Positions 61,396 to 64,000 of a stretch of 64,000 nucleotides of DNA are shown one piece after another (the first letter of the stretch is position 1; every line of letters starts with the position of its first letter). The stretch spans positions 224,001-288,000 of the forward strand of contig CAWCKH010000003.1 of assembly GCA_963796055.1 (NCBI GenBank), in the 5' to 3' direction. The stretch comes from an uncultured delta proteobacterium. Lineage in GTDB: Bacteria; Myxococcota; Myxococcia; Myxococcales; Myxococcaceae. A program made the position numbers and the translations under genes. The notes beneath the pieces are model-generated. The model made no database searches and had not been told where the DNA came from. It was given only the letters and a program-made list of their open reading frames with translations.

Positions 61396-63099
61396 GTGCG
61401 CCTGCTCTGCACGCTGCTGGTCCTCGCCGTCGGTTGCGCCGGAGGCTCCTCGTCGCCTCCGCCCGGGGCCGCCACCTCCGCGGCCCCGAAGACGCCGCCG
61501 CCCCCGCCACCGGTTCCCGCCTCGGTGCTCGCCCTCGCTCAGGGCGCCCAGCCGTTCGATGGGCTGGGGACACTGAGCCGCCGGGTGTCGACCGCATCCC
61601 CCGAGGCCCAGCGCTACTTCGACCAGGGCCTGCGCCTGGCGTACGGCTTCAACCACGACGAGGCCACGCGCTCCTTCGCCCGCGCCGCCGAGCTCGACCC
61701 GGGCTGCGCATCGTGCCTGTGGGGCGTGGCCTGGACACTGGGCCCCAACTACAACGTGCCGATGCTCCCCGATCGGGCGCAGGCGGCGTGGGCTTCGCTG
61801 CAGGCAGCGGGCGAACGCGCGAGCCGTGCCGGGCCGGTGGAGCAGGCGCTCATCAGCGCGCTCGCCACCCGGTACCGGGGACCCGAGCCGGTGGATCCGC
61901 CCGGACAGCAGCCGATGAACGAGGCCTTCGCCACGGCGATGCGCGCGGTGGCGAAGGCGCACCCGGAGGATGACGACGTGCAGGTCATCTTCGCCGAGTC
62001 GCTGATGGACGTGAACCCCTGGCACCTGTGGACGCTGGACGGGAAGCCGGCGCCCGGCACCGAGGAGATCGTGGCCACGCTGGAGCGCGTGCTGGGCCGC
62101 AATCCCCAGCACCCCGGCGCGAACCACTACTACATCCACGCGGTGGAGGCCTCGGCGAACCCCGGGCGGGCGGTCCCCTCGGCGGAGCGGCTCGCAGCGC
62201 TGATGCCGGCGGCCGGGCACATCGTCCACATGCCGGCGCACATCTTCCAGCGGGTGGGCCGCTACGCCGAAGCCTCCGAGGCGAACCGACGCGCCATCCG
62301 CGCCGACGAGGCCTACCTCGCCAGGACCAGTCCGCCCGGCTACTACCCGATGTACCTGGGCCACAACCACGGGTTCCTCGCCTACTCGGCGTCGATGCTG
62401 GGCCGATCCGAGGAATCGCTCCGGGCCGCGCGCGCGGCGACCGCGGCCATCCCTCCCGAGATGCTGGAGATGATGCCCGGCATGGACTTCTTCGCCTCCG
62501 AGCCGCTGCTGGTGATGGTGCGGTTCGGGAAATGGAAGGAGCTGCTCGCCGAGCCGCGCCCTGAGGCGAAGTACCCCACCCTCACCGGGCTCTGGCTGCA
62601 CGCACGGGGGATGGCGCTGGCCTCCACCGGAAAGACCCGCGAGGCCGCGGCGACGATGCGCGAATTGCGCGCGCTGGCCACCCGGCTGCCTCCGGATCTC
62701 ATGGCCGGTCAGACCCCCGCGGCGGCCATGTGCCGACTGGGCGCCGACGCCATCGAGGCGCGCATCGCCGAGCGGGCACGCAAGTGGAAGCCGGCCATCA
62801 CCGCCTGGCAGCGAGCCGTCGTCCAGGAGGACGGCTTCGCCTACGACGAGCCGGCGGACTGGTTCTACCCGATGCGCCACTACCTCGGCGCGGCGCTGCT
62901 CGACGCCAGGAAGCCGAAGGAGGCCGAGGCCGTCTACCGGGAGGACCTCCGGCGCAACCCGAACAATGGCTGGGCCCTGTGCGGGCTCGCGTCCTCGCTC
63001 TCCGCTCAGGGGAAGAAGGACGAGGCAACCGCGGTGCGGGCGAGGTTCGAGGGGGCGTGGAAGGACGCCGACATCAAGCTGACCCGCAGCGCGCTCTGA
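61396..63099 (+). CDS. TPR-like repeat lipoprotein (conserved family)
   Basis: Lipobox AVGC, with AQRYFDQGL...YGFNH.EA, GPNYN, HPGANHYYIHAVE, GH.VHMP.HI and P.NGWAL motifs. Confidence 0.88.
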   Translation: MRLLCTLLVLAVGCAGGSSSPPPGAATSAAPKTPPPPPPVPASVLALAQGAQPFDGLGTLSRRVSTASPEAQRYFDQGLRLAYGFNHDEATRSFARAAELDPGCASCLWGVAWTLGPNYNVPMLPDRAQAAWASLQAAGERASRAGPVEQALISALATRYRGPEPVDPPGQQPMNEAFATAMRAVAKAHPEDDDVQVIFAESLMDVNPWHLWTLDGKPAPGTEEIVATLERVLGRNPQHPGANHYYIHAVEASANPGRAVPSAERLAALMPAAGHIVHMPAHIFQRVGRYAEASEANRRAIRADEAYLARTSPPGYYPMYLGHNHGFLAYSASMLGRSEESLRAARAATAAIPPEMLEMMPGMDFFASEPLLVMVRFGKWKELLAEPRPEAKYPTLTGLWLHARGMALASTGKTREAAATMRELRALATRLPPDLMAGQTPAAAMCRLGADAIEARIAERARKWKPAITAWQRAVVQEDGFAYDEPADWFYPMRHYLGAALLDARKPKEAEAVYREDLRRNPNNGWALCGLASSLSAQGKKDEATAVRARFEGAWKDADIKLTRSAL

Positions 63100-63115
63100 G
63101 CCTTGCCCGGGGCCG

Positions 63116-63712
63116 TCAGCGACCGCTCAGCATGAGGGCCAGCACCGTGGCGACCTCGGCATCCGGCCAGCTGGCGAGGATGGTGGGCAGGGTCACCCCC
63201 ACCTGGATGATGTTCCCCCCGCAGTTCCTCGGGCCCACGTACGCCTGCCCCTGGAAGCGAATGTCGTAGCCGCAGCGGCCAAACGCGCCGTTGATGCGCG
63301 CCTTGCTGACGGTGGCCGTGGACGGGGGGCCGAGGATGAGCCCGTTGACGGTCATCCCGTCCGGGCCCTGGCTGACGTGGAGGTTGAACGGCCCCTTGCT
63401 GACGATTCCGTCCGCCCCGTCGGCGGTCACGGTCACGTTCACGTCACGGCCGAACGCCGTACCCCGCCAGGCGGTCGTGCCCGACGGGTCGGGATAGCGA
63501 CCCAGGTTGACGTCTGGACCCTGGATGCCCGTCGGAGTGACCAGGGCCACGATGGGGTTCCGGATGCCGGTGAGGACGAACCGGCCGCTCTCGGGCATCG
63601 CCTGCGCCTCGGGCGGCAGGACGTCGGGCGGCGGAAGCGGCTCCTCGTGCGCACAACCCGCGAGCAGGCTGGTCAGGACCACGACCAGAGTGGAGAGGAC
63701 GATGGGCCGCAT
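63116..63712 (-). CDS. Hypothetical lipoprotein
   Basis: Lipobox LLAGC, beta-rich body with a Cys pair. Confidence 0.75.
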   Translation of the reverse strand: MRPIVLSTLVVVLTSLLAGCAHEEPLPPPDVLPPEAQAMPESGRFVLTGIRNPIVALVTPTGIQGPDVNLGRYPDPSGTTAWRGTAFGRDVNVTVTADGADGIVSKGPFNLHVSQGPDGMTVNGLILGPPSTATVSKARINGAFGRCGYDIRFQGQAYVGPRNCGGNIIQVGVTLPTILASWPDAEVATVLALMLSGR

Positions 63713-63721
63713 GGAGCGGAC

Positions 63722-64000
63722 CTAATCACCGTCGCGCCGATCGACCACGGCGTTCAGCAGGGCCCGTGTCATAGTGATGACCAGCGCTCCGAGGAACGCC
63801 GGGACGAACCCGTCCACGTGCAGCCCCAGTCCGAGCGACTGCGCCAGCGCACCGGTCACCCACAACAAGATGGCGTTGATCACCAGGGCGAAGAGTCCCA
63901 GCGTGAGGAAGGTCACCGGGAGCGCGAGCAGCCGGAGGATGCTTCCCAGCAGCGCATTCACCAGTCCGAAGAGCAGCGCGACCAGCAGGAGCCCCGGCAG
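63722..64000 (-). CDS. Phage_holin_4_2 / YvlD-family membrane protein (5' end outside window)
   Basis: LVNALL..IL.LL.LP.T.LTLGLF.LVINA and V.GF..AFLGAL signature. Confidence 0.85.
   Translation of the reverse strand: MPGLLLVALLFGLVNALLGSILRLLALPVTFLTLGLFALVINAILLWVTGALAQSLGLGLHVDGFVPAFLGALVITMTRALLNAVVDRRDGD

Noticed and set aside
63722..64000. Holin-family gene as evidence of a prophage
   Set aside because: This family is widespread in ordinary chromosomes, and no phage structural, lysis or integrase genes are in the window.

Overview
A very GC-rich 64-kb bacterial segment, almost certainly from a myxobacterium (Myxococcota), judging by the TIGR02266-type PilZ protein, Ser/Thr kinase, DUF4091 protein and many lipoproteins. 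It is densely coding, with about 55 genes. I found no rRNA, tRNA, CRISPR array, transposase or integrase. Most long ORFs in the supplied track are antisense shadows of real genes, so I re-called starts by hand. Housekeeping content: treZ plus a eukaryote-type UGPase, ppx, two ppk1 paralogues, two ABC-F ATPases, Hsp20, a DUF3516 helicase, mtnP, an Fpg/Nei glycosylase, a flap-type 5'-3' exonuclease, malic enzyme and fumC. The best candidates for undescribed systems are: (1) an overlapping operon of a divergent tRNA-guanine transglycosylase, an MnmD-like methyltransferase and a 2OG-Fe(II) oxygenase; (2) an SDR-KdsC-NeuB operon with no CMP-activating enzyme, flanked by lipid-handling genes (LPG-synthase/flippase TM protein, MMPL exporter, lipoprotein); (3) a heme-c/HAMP sensor with no output domain, followed by a catalytically degenerate cyclase with three repeated helical domains and S/T-P repeats, converging on a Ser/Thr kinase across a tandem-repeat array; (4) a class D sortase with an MPKTA substrate in a diderm. 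Several single-base frameshifts cluster at 40.0-41.8 kb, with more at 28.5 and 49.6 kb, so they may be consensus errors. All family assignments come from reading motifs by eye, not from database searches.
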